64,000 nucleotides of DNA, taken from positions 96,001 through 160,000 of the forward strand of contig CAVQUB010000013.1 in assembly GCA_963716725.1 (NCBI GenBank). Reading direction: 5' to 3'. This DNA comes from an uncultured delta proteobacterium (GTDB taxonomy: Bacteria; Myxococcota_A; Polyangia; Polyangiales; Polyangiaceae). Positions within the stretch are counted from its first letter, which is position 1. Every line of letters begins with the position of its first letter. Both the position numbers and the translations under genes were made by a program. Positions 21,325 through 30,926 of this stretch are shown here, piece by piece. The notes under the pieces were generated by a model. That model was not told where the DNA came from. It saw only the letters and a list, made by a program, of their open reading frames with translations, and did not search any database.

Positions 21325-23343
21325 ATGGAGACGAACCTTGCACGGAAGAAAATCGAACGCCGCCGCCGCGGACGAATCGCGGTGTGGCTCTGCTCGCTGG
21401 CGGCGCTGGGTGCCCTGGAAGGCTGTGGCCGTCACGAAGAGGCACCCGTCTCGACCAACAGCCAGCGAGTCAACGGCGTGTACATCCCCGAGGGCGGCGC
21501 CAGCGCGCCGTGGGTCTCGGCGGACTGGGTGGACCTCGACGTCCACTCACGCCTGGCACTGCCGGCGAGCTTCGGTCTGGTGATGAGCAACAACGCTGGC
21601 GAAGACGTCACGGTCGGGGTCACCCTCGAGAGCTTCGGCCTCGAAACCCGAAAGGCGTCCATCTTCCTGGGCAGCCTGGTGGTCCCCGCGCGCGCGTCGT
21701 TCACGGTGCCCATCGACCTGTCGTGGCTCCCGATCCGCTCCGTGGGCTCGGTGAGCAGCGTCCACGCCAGCCTGCAGCTCTACAAGGGGCGCGCTCAGCG
21801 CCAGCTCACCACGTCGCGCCTGGCGTACGAGTTCGAGCCGGGGCTCTCGACGATCACGCTCTGGGGCTCCACCGCCCGGCGCTTCGCTCTGTCGAACCCG
21901 CGGGACCCGCGCCAGGAGCGGATGCAGCTCGCGGCGCTGGACGCGACGCTGCTCACGCCACAAGGTGACGTCTGGAACGGCAGCAGCTTCGTGCCCGTCG
22001 CCTCGCTTCCGCCGGTGGGCGGCGCGGGCTACCAGATCCGGGGCTCTGTCGACTTCTGGGAGGCGTGGCCCGCCAGTGTGCCGGCGCCCGGCACCCCCCT
22101 CGACGGCCCACCGGGCCCAACGAAGGTGTGCGCGTCCCACACGTGGAAGTTCTACGACGCCAGCGTGGGCGAGGACTACTTCTGGATGAACGGCTTCAAC
22201 GCGGAGCCGGCGCGGTACACCGCAGCGCTGCTCGAGAACTACGACACCGGTCAAGCGGTGTGGGCAGGCTGGCTTGGGTCGTCGGGCTGCACGCCCACCA
22301 TGGATCTGCCGGCGGGCACCTACGGGTTGACTCTTGCGTCCAAGCTGCGCACTCAGACCAACAGCGGGGCGGTGACCATGGATGTCGAGACGGAGCAGAG
22401 CTTCGACTATGGCGGCGCTCCGCCCAACACGCCGGTGGTGGGCTACGCCCGCACGCTCTTCGACGTCCACCCGGGCCCGGCGCCCAGCACGGTGCAGGTC
22501 GGCGTCTACTTGACCACGGTGGCCTCGAACATCCTGGTGGTCGGGGGTAGAATGTTCGACATGCCCGATCACGGGCTGAGCCAGGGGCACATCCGAGTGA
22601 CGACGCGCGATCCGAGCTCGAACAACATCGATTGCTCGTCGGGCGGCGGCGAGCCGCCCATCTCGTGGGCGTCGACCAGTCATGCGCTGAAGGAGAGCAC
22701 GATCTGCATCGGGCGAAAGAACACCTTGGACCCCTCGGACGCGTGGAGCAAGTTCGTGGTGGGCCACGAATTCGGGCATACGGTGCAGGGCTTCGGCATG
22801 GGCAACCTGACGACCGACTACGACAACCCGACCTCGCAGCCGCTCTGCCGCTGCGATCACGTGGCTTCTTCCAACCAGTACCATTGCTTGCAGTCGCAAG
22901 AGGTCATCGGCGCGGGCGCGTCCGAGGGCTTCGCGCACCTGTACGCGAGCCGGATCTTCAATCTCCAAGAGCAGTCCGATTGCGCCTTCGGGTACTACAA
23001 GGAGTTCATGGACAGCTCGTACGCGGTGCAGCAACCCCCGGTCGCCGTGAACTGCAAGACCCCAGTGAAGTGGCTAGAAAACCAGTGCCTCACGGCGAAC
23101 CGCGGCGTGGAGTACGACTGGATGAACTTCCTGTACGACATCAACAGCGCACCGTCGTCCCAACGCACCACGCTGGCCAACCTGTGGCAGGTGTACTTGA
23201 CCGCGTGCTCGCCACCCGAGTGCGAAAGCGAGAACCTCTCGTGGTCGGCGCTCGATAACGGAGCGAAGGCGTACTACGGGGTCAGCGATCCCAAGTACGT
23301 CTGGTTGCATCAGTCCGGCAACAACTTCGGCGTCAACCACTGA
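21325..23343 (+). CDS. Lipoprotein zinc metallopeptidase (gluzincin-like)
   Basis: LEGC lipobox; VVGHEFGH motif with downstream SEGFA (third-ligand Glu candidate); Cys-rich. Confidence 0.8.
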   Translation: METNLARKKIERRRRGRIAVWLCSLAALGALEGCGRHEEAPVSTNSQRVNGVYIPEGGASAPWVSADWVDLDVHSRLALPASFGLVMSNNAGEDVTVGVTLESFGLETRKASIFLGSLVVPARASFTVPIDLSWLPIRSVGSVSSVHASLQLYKGRAQRQLTTSRLAYEFEPGLSTITLWGSTARRFALSNPRDPRQERMQLAALDATLLTPQGDVWNGSSFVPVASLPPVGGAGYQIRGSVDFWEAWPASVPAPGTPLDGPPGPTKVCASHTWKFYDASVGEDYFWMNGFNAEPARYTAALLENYDTGQAVWAGWLGSSGCTPTMDLPAGTYGLTLASKLRTQTNSGAVTMDVETEQSFDYGGAPPNTPVVGYARTLFDVHPGPAPSTVQVGVYLTTVASNILVVGGRMFDMPDHGLSQGHIRVTTRDPSSNNIDCSSGGGEPPISWASTSHALKESTICIGRKNTLDPSDAWSKFVVGHEFGHTVQGFGMGNLTTDYDNPTSQPLCRCDHVASSNQYHCLQSQEVIGAGASEGFAHLYASRIFNLQEQSDCAFGYYKEFMDSSYAVQQPPVAVNCKTPVKWLENQCLTANRGVEYDWMNFLYDINSAPSSQRTTLANLWQVYLTACSPPECESENLSWSALDNGAKAYYGVSDPKYVWLHQSGNNFGVNH

Positions 23344-23349
23344 GTCCCC

Positions 23350-24495
23350 ATGCGCAGCACCCTCGCCTGGTTGATCGCGTCGTGCCTCGCCGGCTGCTCG
23401 TGCAGCGACGGCGGCGGCAGCTCTGCAGGCGGTCAACCAGGCACCGGCGCCACCTCGAGCTCGGGCGGAAGCTCGGGCTCGGGGGGCACTGGGGGCGCGA
23501 TCACAGAGGGCGGCACCGATGCCACCACGGACGCCGACTCCGGCCCGAGCTTCGACTGCGAGCACGCGCCGGTCACCGAGGACTGCAAGTCCGGCTGGTG
23601 CCGCATCCCGGCCGGCTGCTTCGTGCTGGGCTCGCCGAAGGACGAGTGGGGCCGCGGCGCCAACACCGAGAACCAGGTGAAGGTCACGCTCACCCACCCG
23701 TTCCTGATCCAGCAGAAGGAGACCTCTCAGGCCGACTGGGTCGCCCTCGGTCTGAAGAATCCCAGCACCGCCCCGATCAAGCCCGGCAACTCGGGCGACT
23801 GCCTCGAGCCCGCTTGCCCCGTGGGCAACGTGACGTGGTTCGAGGCGGCGGGGTTTGCCAACCTGCTCTCGCAGAAGGAGGGCCTGAAGCCCTGCTACGT
23901 GCTCGAGGGTTGCACCGGACAGCTCGGCGAGGGCATGGCCTGCACCAAGATCGGCACCACAGCGCCCAGCTATTACGAGTGCGAGGGGTACCGCCTGCCC
24001 GGCGAGGCCGAGTGGGAATACGCCGCGCGGGCAGGGACCACGACGGCGTTCTACACGGGGCCGATAACGGCATTTCCGACCAACGCCCTCGCGTGCAACT
24101 CAGACCCCGCGCTCATCGCCGCTGCCTGGTATTGCGCCAACTCCGGCACCGTCACGCACCCCGGCGGACTGAGGCAGAAGAACCAGTGGGGATTGTACGA
24201 CATGCTCGGAAACTGTGTGGAGTGGACCAACGACGTCATGAAGGGTCTGGGCTACGGGACGACCCCGCTGTCTGATCCTTGGGGTCAGGTCAAGATCTCA
24301 AACGTGATCGAGGCCGTGGTTATCCGCGGAGGCGGACCCATCTTCTCCGCGTCGAGCTGTCGAGCCGCGGCGCACTTCAGCGGTGGCCGCTCCGATCGCG
24401 GCGGCGGCATCGGCTTCCGCCTCGTCCGCAGCCTGCTCACCACCCCCGACGCGTCCACCCCCGACGCCTCCCCACCCGACGCGTCCACCGACTGA
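23350..24495 (+). CDS. FGE-sulfatase/CLec-fold lipoprotein, variant 1
   Basis: LAGC lipobox; IPAGCFVLGSP, YRLPGEAEWEYAARAG, NQWGLYDMLGNCVEW, RGG...GFRLVR. Confidence 0.9.
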   Translation: MRSTLAWLIASCLAGCSCSDGGGSSAGGQPGTGATSSSGGSSGSGGTGGAITEGGTDATTDADSGPSFDCEHAPVTEDCKSGWCRIPAGCFVLGSPKDEWGRGANTENQVKVTLTHPFLIQQKETSQADWVALGLKNPSTAPIKPGNSGDCLEPACPVGNVTWFEAAGFANLLSQKEGLKPCYVLEGCTGQLGEGMACTKIGTTAPSYYECEGYRLPGEAEWEYAARAGTTTAFYTGPITAFPTNALACNSDPALIAAAWYCANSGTVTHPGGLRQKNQWGLYDMLGNCVEWTNDVMKGLGYGTTPLSDPWGQVKISNVIEAVVIRGGGPIFSASSCRAAAHFSGGRSDRGGGIGFRLVRSLLTTPDASTPDASPPDASTD

Positions 24496-24730
24496 CCGAT
24501 GCTCATTGCATCAGCGCACGCCCCCGCCGCCGCCAAGGTCTCGCGCCACCAACGCCAGAGTCCCCCCCGGCCGCGCGCAGGGCGCGCGAGCCGCTCATCG
24601 GGCCCATCGACGGCGCGCCCGAGCACGGCCTTGGCGGGGGACCGCAGGCGCGCAGGCGCCAGCGCGCACACCGAGCCCTTCCGCACGCCCCGCGACGCGC
24701 CGAGCACCTGCGAGGCGGGGGCAACCAAAG
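24496..24730. repeat. ~235-bp structured inter-cassette spacer (further copies at 26177-26412, 27942-28176, 29637-29870)
   Basis: Four closely similar copies; outer inverted repeat GCCCCCGCC...GGCGGGGGC and inner CGCAGG...CCTGCG. Confidence 0.9.
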
Positions 24731-25015
24731 ACCCCAGTGAAGTGGCTCGAAAACCAGTGCCTCACCGCGAACCGCGGCGTGGAGTACGACTGGATGAACT
24801 TCCTCTATGACATCAACAGCGCGCCAACTGCGCAGCGCACCACGCTTGCCAACCTGTGGCAGGTGTATCTCACGGCCTGCTCCCCACCCGAGTGCGAGAG
24901 CGAGAACCTCTCGTGGCCGGCGCTCGATAATGGAGCGAAGGCGTACTACGGGCTGAGCGACGCGAGGTACACCCGGATCGTCTCGTCCGGCAGCAACTTC
25001 GGCGTCAACCACTGA
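24731..25015 (+). pseudogene. Orphan 3' fragment of the peptidase, tip variant 2
   Basis: KTPVKWLENQC...YYGLSDARYTRIVSSGSNFGVNH; no start codon of its own. Confidence 0.9.
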
Positions 25016-25021
25016 GCTCCC

Positions 25022-26176
25022 ATGCGCAGCACCCTCGCCTGGTTGGTCGCCTCGTGCCTCGCCGGTTGCTCTTGCAGCGACGGCGGCGGCGGCAGCTCTG
25101 CAGCACCCGCAGGCGGCCAACCAGGCACCGGCGCCACCTCGAGCTCGGGCGGAAGCTCGGGCTCGGGGGGCACCGGGGGCGCAGCCACCGAGGCTGGCAC
25201 AGACGCCGCGGCCGACGCCGATTCCGGCCCGAGCTTCGACTGCCAGCACGTGCCAGTCACCGAGGACTGCAAGGCCGGCTGGTGCCGCATCCCAGCCGGC
25301 TGCTTCGTGATGGGCTCGCCGAAGGACGAGTGGGGCCGAGGCGCCAACGACGAGAACCAGGTGAAGGTCACGCTCACCCACCCGTTCCTGATCCAGCAGA
25401 AGGAGACCTCTCAGGCCGACTGGGTCGCCCTCGGTCTGAAGAATCCCAGCACCGCTCCGATCAAACCCGGCAACTCCGGCGACTGCCTCGAGCCCGCTTG
25501 CCCCGTCGGCAACGTGACGTGGTTCGAGGCGGCGGGGTTTGCCAACTTGCTCTCGCAGAAGGAAGGGCTGAAGCCCTGCTACGTGCTCGAGGGCTGCACC
25601 GGACAGCTCGGCGAGGGCATGGCCTGCACCCAGATCGGCACCACAGCGCCCACCTACTATGAGTGCGAGGGGTACCGCCTCCCCGGCGAGGCCGAGTGGG
25701 AATACGCCGCGCGGGCAGGGACCACGACGGCTTTCTACACGGGACCGATCACGGTTTTCCCCGGAGACATGCTCGCGTGCAACAGCGACCCGGTCCTTCT
25801 GGGAGCGGCCTGGCACTGTGCTAACTCCGGCACCGTCACGCACCCTGGAGGGCTGAAGGCGAGGAGTGCCTGGGGACTCTACGACTCGCTCGGGAACGCA
25901 CACGAGTGGACAAACGACCTCATGAAAGGGTTGGGCTACGGCTCGGGGCCGCTGGTCGACCCCTGGGGCGAACTCAAGATCCTGGCAGCCATTGAAGCAG
26001 TCGTCATCCGGGGCGGAGGGCCGATCACTCCGCCGTCGAGGTGCAGGGCCGCGGCGCACTTCAGCGGTGGCCGCTCCGATCGCGGCGGCGGCATCGGTTT
26101 CCGACTCGTCCGCAGCCTGCTCACCACCCCCGACGCGTCCACCGACGCCGCGCCACCCGACGCGTCCACCAACTGA
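25022..26176 (+). CDS. FGE/CLec lipoprotein, variant 2
   Basis: Paralogue of 23350-24495 with a divergent C-terminal third. Confidence 0.9.
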   Translation: MRSTLAWLVASCLAGCSCSDGGGGSSAAPAGGQPGTGATSSSGGSSGSGGTGGAATEAGTDAAADADSGPSFDCQHVPVTEDCKAGWCRIPAGCFVMGSPKDEWGRGANDENQVKVTLTHPFLIQQKETSQADWVALGLKNPSTAPIKPGNSGDCLEPACPVGNVTWFEAAGFANLLSQKEGLKPCYVLEGCTGQLGEGMACTQIGTTAPTYYECEGYRLPGEAEWEYAARAGTTTAFYTGPITVFPGDMLACNSDPVLLGAAWHCANSGTVTHPGGLKARSAWGLYDSLGNAHEWTNDLMKGLGYGSGPLVDPWGELKILAAIEAVVIRGGGPITPPSRCRAAAHFSGGRSDRGGGIGFRLVRSLLTTPDASTDAAPPDASTN

Positions 26177-26412
26177 CCGATGCTCATTGCATCAGCGCAC
26201 GCCCCCGCCGCCGCCAAGCTCTCGCGCCGCCAACGCAAGAGTCCCCCCGGCCGCGCGCAGGGCGCGCCAGCCGCTCATCGCGCCCTTCGACGGCGCGCCC
26301 GAGCACGGCCTTGGCGGGGGACCGCAGGCGCGCAGGCGCCAGCGCGCGCACCGAGCCCCTCCGCGCGCACCGCGAAGCGCCGAGCACCTGCGAGGCGGGG
26401 GCAACCAAGCAT

Positions 26413-26790
26413 CAAGAGCAGTCCGACTGCGCCTTCGGATACTACAAGGAGTTCATGGACAGCTCGTATACGGTGCAGCAACCCCCGGTCGCCGTGAACT
26501 GCAAGACCCCGGTGAAGTGGCTCGAGAACCAGTGCCTCACGGCGAACCGCGGCGTGGAGTACGACTGGATGAACTTCCTGTATGACATCAACTCGGCGCC
26601 GTCGTCCCAACGCACCACGCTGGCCAACCTGTGGCAGGTCTATCTCACGGCCTGCTCGCCACCCGAGTGCGAAAGCGAGAACCTCTCGTGGTCGGCACTG
26701 AAGGATGGCGCGAAGGCGTACTACGGGGAGTTCAACGCCCGCTATGTGAAGCTCGCCCAATCCGGCGACGACTTCGGCGTCAACCACTGA
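26413..26790 (+). pseudogene. Orphan 3' peptidase fragment, tip variant 3 (longer)
   Basis: QEQSDCAFGYY...YYGEFNARYVKLAQSGDDFGVNH. Confidence 0.9.
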
Positions 26791-26795
26791 GCCCC

Positions 26796-27941
26796 ATGCG
26801 CAGCACCCTCGCCTGGTTGATCGCCTCGTGCCTCGCCGGCTGCTCGTGCAGCGACGGCGGCGGCAGCTCCGCAGCACCCGCAGGCGGTCAATCAGGCACC
26901 GGCGCCACCTCGAGCTCGGGCGGAAGCTCGGGCTCGGGGGGCACCGGGGGCGCAGCCACCGAGGCTGGCACCGACGCCACCACGGACGCCGACTCGGGCC
27001 CGACCTTCGACTGTCAGCACGCGCCGGTGGTCGAAGACTGCAAGGCCGGCTGGTGCCGCATCCCAGCCGGCTGCTTCGTGATGGGCTCGCCGAAGGACGA
27101 GTGGGGCCGCGGCGCCAACACCGAGAACCAGGTGAAGGTCACGCTCACCCACCCGTTCCTGATCCAGCAGAAGGAGACCTCTCAGGCCGACTGGGGCGCC
27201 CTCGGCCTGAAGAATCCGAGCGGTCCTCCACCAAAGCCCGACAGCATGGGCGACTGCCTCGAGCCCGCCTGCCCCGTCGGCAACGTGACGTGGTTCGAGG
27301 CGGCGGGGTTTGCCAACCTGCTCTCGCAAAAGGAGGGCTTGAAGCCCTGCTACGTGCTCGAGGGCTGCACCGGACAGCTCGGCGAGGGCATGAACTGCAC
27401 CAGCATCGGCACCTCGGCGCCCAGCTACTACGAGTGCGAGGGCTACCGCCTGCCCGGCGAGGCCGAGTGGGAGTACGCGGCCCGGGCCGGGACCACGACG
27501 GCCTTCTACACGGGTCCGATCACCAAGCTGGCGCAGACGTCTGACTGCGAGAGCGATCCCAACCTCGTGAAGGCCGCTTGGTACTGCGCCAACTCCGGGA
27601 CGCTCACGCATCCCGGTGGACAGAAGACGAAGAACGCGTGGGGCCTTCACGACGTGCTGGGGAACGCTTACGAGTGGACGAATGACGTGATGAAGGGGTT
27701 GGGCTATGGGATAGGGCCGCTCGAGGACCCGTGGGGCAAAGTCGAAATCAAGGACTCCATCGAGGGCATCGTGCTGCGCGGGGGCGGCACGATTACGCCG
27801 GCGGCCCGCTGCCGTGTCGCTGCTCACTTCGAGCTCTCCCGACCGTCGCGAGGCCCCGGCGGCGGCTTCCGCCTCGTCCGCAGCCTGCTCGCCACCCCCG
27901 ACGCTCTCCCGACGCTCCCCACCGACGCGTCCACCGACTGA
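26796..27941 (+). CDS. FGE/CLec lipoprotein, variant 3
   Basis: ATG 26796 MRSTLAW...; unique GPPPKPDSMGD and FELSRPSRGPGGGFR segments. Confidence 0.9.
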   Translation: MRSTLAWLIASCLAGCSCSDGGGSSAAPAGGQSGTGATSSSGGSSGSGGTGGAATEAGTDATTDADSGPTFDCQHAPVVEDCKAGWCRIPAGCFVMGSPKDEWGRGANTENQVKVTLTHPFLIQQKETSQADWGALGLKNPSGPPPKPDSMGDCLEPACPVGNVTWFEAAGFANLLSQKEGLKPCYVLEGCTGQLGEGMNCTSIGTSAPSYYECEGYRLPGEAEWEYAARAGTTTAFYTGPITKLAQTSDCESDPNLVKAAWYCANSGTLTHPGGQKTKNAWGLHDVLGNAYEWTNDVMKGLGYGIGPLEDPWGKVEIKDSIEGIVLRGGGTITPAARCRVAAHFELSRPSRGPGGGFRLVRSLLATPDALPTLPTDASTD

Positions 27942-28176
27942 CCGATGCCCATCGCCTCAGCGCACGCCCCCGCCGCCGCCAGGCTTCCGCGCCGCCAACG
28001 CAAGAGTCCCCCCCGGCCGCGCGCAGGGCGCGCGAGCCGCTCATTGCGCCCATCGACGGCGCGCCCGAGCACGGCCTTGGCGGGGGACCGCAGGCGCGCA
28101 GGCGCCAGCGCGCGCACCGAGCCCTTCCGCACGCCCCGCGACGCGCCGAGCACCTGCGAGGCGGGGGCAACCAAAG

Positions 28177-28466
28177 ACCCCAGTGAAGTGGCTACGAAAA
28201 CCAGTGCCTCACGGCAAACCGCGGCGTGGAGTACGACTGGATGAACTTCCTCTATGACATCAACAGCGCGCCAACTGCGCAGCGCACCACGCTGGCCAAC
28301 CTGTGGCAGGTGTACTTGACGGCCTGCTCGCCACCCGAGTGCGAAAGCGAGAACCTCTCGTGGTCAGCGCTCGATGACGGAGCGAACGCGTACTACGGGG
28401 GCTTTAGCGACGCCACGGTACGCTCGGCTCGTCTCGTCCGGCGACGACTTCGGCGTCAACCACTGA
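28177..28466 (+). pseudogene. Orphan 3' peptidase fragment, tip variant 4 (frameshifted)
   Basis: YYGGFSDA/RYARLVSSGDDFGVNH with single-base shifts. Confidence 0.85.
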
Positions 28467-28472
28467 GCTCCC

Positions 28473-29636
28473 ATGCGCATCCCCCTCGCCTGGTTGATCG
28501 CCTCGTGCCTCGCCGGCTGCTCGTGCAGCGACGGCGGCGGCAGCTCCGCAGCACCCGCAGGCGGCCAACCAGGCACCGGCGCCACCTCGAGCTCGGGCGG
28601 AAGCTCGGGCTCGGGGGGCACCGGGGGCGCAGCCACCGAGGCTGGCACCGACGCCGCAACAGACGCGGACGCCGGCCCGAGCTTCGACTGCCAGCACGCG
28701 CCGGTCACCGAGGACTGCAAGGCCGGCTGGTGCCGCATCCCAGCCGGCTGCTTCGTGATGGGCTCGCCGAAAGACGAGTGGGGCCGCGGCGCCAACACCG
28801 AGAATCAGGTGAAGGTCACGCTCACCCACCCGTTCCTGATCCAGCAGAAGGAGACCTCTCAGGCCGACTGGGTCGCCCTGGGCCTGAAGAATCCCAGCAC
28901 CGCTCCGATCAAACCCGGCAACTCCGGCGACTGCCTCGAGCCCGCCTGCCCAGTCGGCAACGTGACGTGGTTCGAGGCGGCGGGCTTTGCCAACCTGCTC
29001 TCGCAGAAGGAGGGCCTGAAGCCCTGCTACGTGCTCGAGGGTTGCACCGGACAGCTCGGCGAGGGCATGGCCTGCACCAGCATCGGCACCACCGCGCCCA
29101 GCTACTACGAGTGCGAGGGCTACCGCCTCCCCGGCGAGGCCGAGTGGGAGTACGCCGCGCGGGCAGGGACCACGACGGCCTTCTACACCGGACCGATCAC
29201 GAAGCTCGCGCAAACCTCGGACTGCGAGCTCGACCCCAGCCTCGTGAAGGCCGCTTGGTACTGCGCCAACTCCGGCACGCTCACGCATCCCGGTGGACAG
29301 AAAACGAAAAACGCTTGGGGTCTTCACGACGTGCTCGGGAACGCGCACGAGTGGACTAATGATGTTGAGAAGGGTCTCGGGTATGGCACCGGCGCCCTTG
29401 TAGATCCTTGGGGGGAGCTGAAGCTGGCGACGCCGGAAATCGTCGTGCTGCGCGGGGGCGGCCCCATCTCACCGGGCGCTCGTTGCCGCGCTGCAGCCCA
29501 TTTCGGCGGACCGAGGCACGGCAAGGGCAGTGGGGCGGGCTTCCGCCTCGTCCGCAGCCTGCTCGCCACCCCCGACGCCTCCACCTTCGACGCCTCGCCA
29601 CCCGACGCGTCCCCACCCGACGCGTCCACCGACTGA
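28473..29636 (+). CDS. FGE/CLec lipoprotein, variant 4
   Basis: Paralogue; FGGPRHGKGSGAGFR tip. Confidence 0.9.
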   Translation: MRIPLAWLIASCLAGCSCSDGGGSSAAPAGGQPGTGATSSSGGSSGSGGTGGAATEAGTDAATDADAGPSFDCQHAPVTEDCKAGWCRIPAGCFVMGSPKDEWGRGANTENQVKVTLTHPFLIQQKETSQADWVALGLKNPSTAPIKPGNSGDCLEPACPVGNVTWFEAAGFANLLSQKEGLKPCYVLEGCTGQLGEGMACTSIGTTAPSYYECEGYRLPGEAEWEYAARAGTTTAFYTGPITKLAQTSDCELDPSLVKAAWYCANSGTLTHPGGQKTKNAWGLHDVLGNAHEWTNDVEKGLGYGTGALVDPWGELKLATPEIVVLRGGGPISPGARCRAAAHFGGPRHGKGSGAGFRLVRSLLATPDASTFDASPPDASPPDASTD

Positions 29637-29870
29637 CCGATGCCCATCGCCCCAGCGCACGCTCCCGCCACCGGCAAGCTGTCGCGCCACCAGCGACAGA
29701 GTCCCCCCGGCCGCGCGCAGAGCGCGCCAGCCGCTCATCGCGCCCTTCGACGGCGCGCCCGAGCACGGCCTTGGCGGGGGACCGCAGGCGCGCAGGCGCC
29801 AGCGCGCGCACCGAGCCCCTCCGCGCGCCCCGCGACGCGCCGAGCACCTGCGAGGCGGGGGCAACCAAAG

Positions 29871-30160
29871 ACCCCAGTGAAGTGGCTCGAAAACCAGTGC
29901 CTCACCGCGAACCGCGGCGTGGAGTACGACTGGATGAACTTCCTCTACGACATCAACAGCGCACCAACCGCGCAGCGCACCACGCTGGCCAACCTGTGGC
30001 AGGTGTACTTGACGGCCTGCTCGCCACCCGAGTGCGAAAGCGAGAACCTCTCGTGGTCAGCGCTCGATGGCGCGGCGATACGCGTACTACGGGGGCTTTG
30101 GAGACCCGACGGTACGCACGGCTGCACCAATCCGGCGACGACTTCGGCGTCAACCACTGA
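29871..30160 (+). pseudogene. Orphan 3' peptidase fragment, tip variant 5 (frameshifted)
   Basis: YYGGFGDP/RYARLHQSGDDFGVNH. Confidence 0.85.
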
Positions 30161-30166
30161 GCTCCC

Positions 30167-30926
30167 ATGCGCATCCCCCTCGCCTGGTTGATCGCCTCGT
30201 GCCTCGCCGGCTGCTCGTGCAGCGACGGCGGCGGCAGCTCCGCAGCACCCGCAGGGGGCCAACCAGGCACCGGCGCCACCTCGAGCTCGGGCGGAAGCTC
30301 GGGCTCGGGGGGCACCGGGGGCGCAGCCACCGAGGCTGGCACAGACGCCGCAACAGACGCGGACGCCGGTCCGAGCTTCGACTGCCAGCACGCGCCGGTC
30401 ACCGAGGACTGCAAGGCCGGCTGGTGCCGCATCCCAGCCGGCTGCTTCGTGATGGGCTCGCCGAAAGACGAGTGGGGCCGCGGCGCCAACACCGAGAATC
30501 AGGTGAAGGTCACGCTCACCCACCCGTTCCTGATCCAGCAGAAGGAGACCTCTCAGGCCGACTGGGTCGCCCTCGGCCTGAAGAATCCCAGCACCGCTCC
30601 AATCAAACCCGGCAACTCCGGCGACTGCCTCGAGCCCGCCTGCCCAGTCGGCAACGTGACGTGGTTCGAGGCGGCGGGGTTTGCCAACCTGCTTTCGCAG
30701 AAGGAGGGCCTGAAGCCCTGCTACGTGCTCGAGGGCTGCACCGGCCAGCTTGGCGAGGGGATGGCCTGCACCAGCATCGGGACCACCGCGCCCAGCTACT
30801 ACGAGTGCGAGGGCTACCGCCTCCCCGGCGAGGCCGAGTGGGAGTACGCCGCGCGGGCAGGGACCACGACGGCGTTCTACACGGGACCGATCACGGTTTT
30901 CCCCGGAGACACGCTCGCGTGCAACA
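30167..30926 (+). pseudogene. FGE/CLec lipoprotein variant 5, truncated by the IS91/ISCR copy
   Basis: Ends at ...FPGDTLACNS, where the IS ori end begins. Confidence 0.9.

Noticed and set aside
24496..29870. Integron array with attC sites
   Set aside because: No tyrosine integrase is present, and no clear RYYYAAC/GTTRRRY boxes bound the spacer.
23350..30926. Diversity-generating retroelement acting on the FGE/CLec genes
   Set aside because: No template repeat rich in AAY codons was found, differences between copies include indels and all base types, and the only RT in the window is a group II intron RT.
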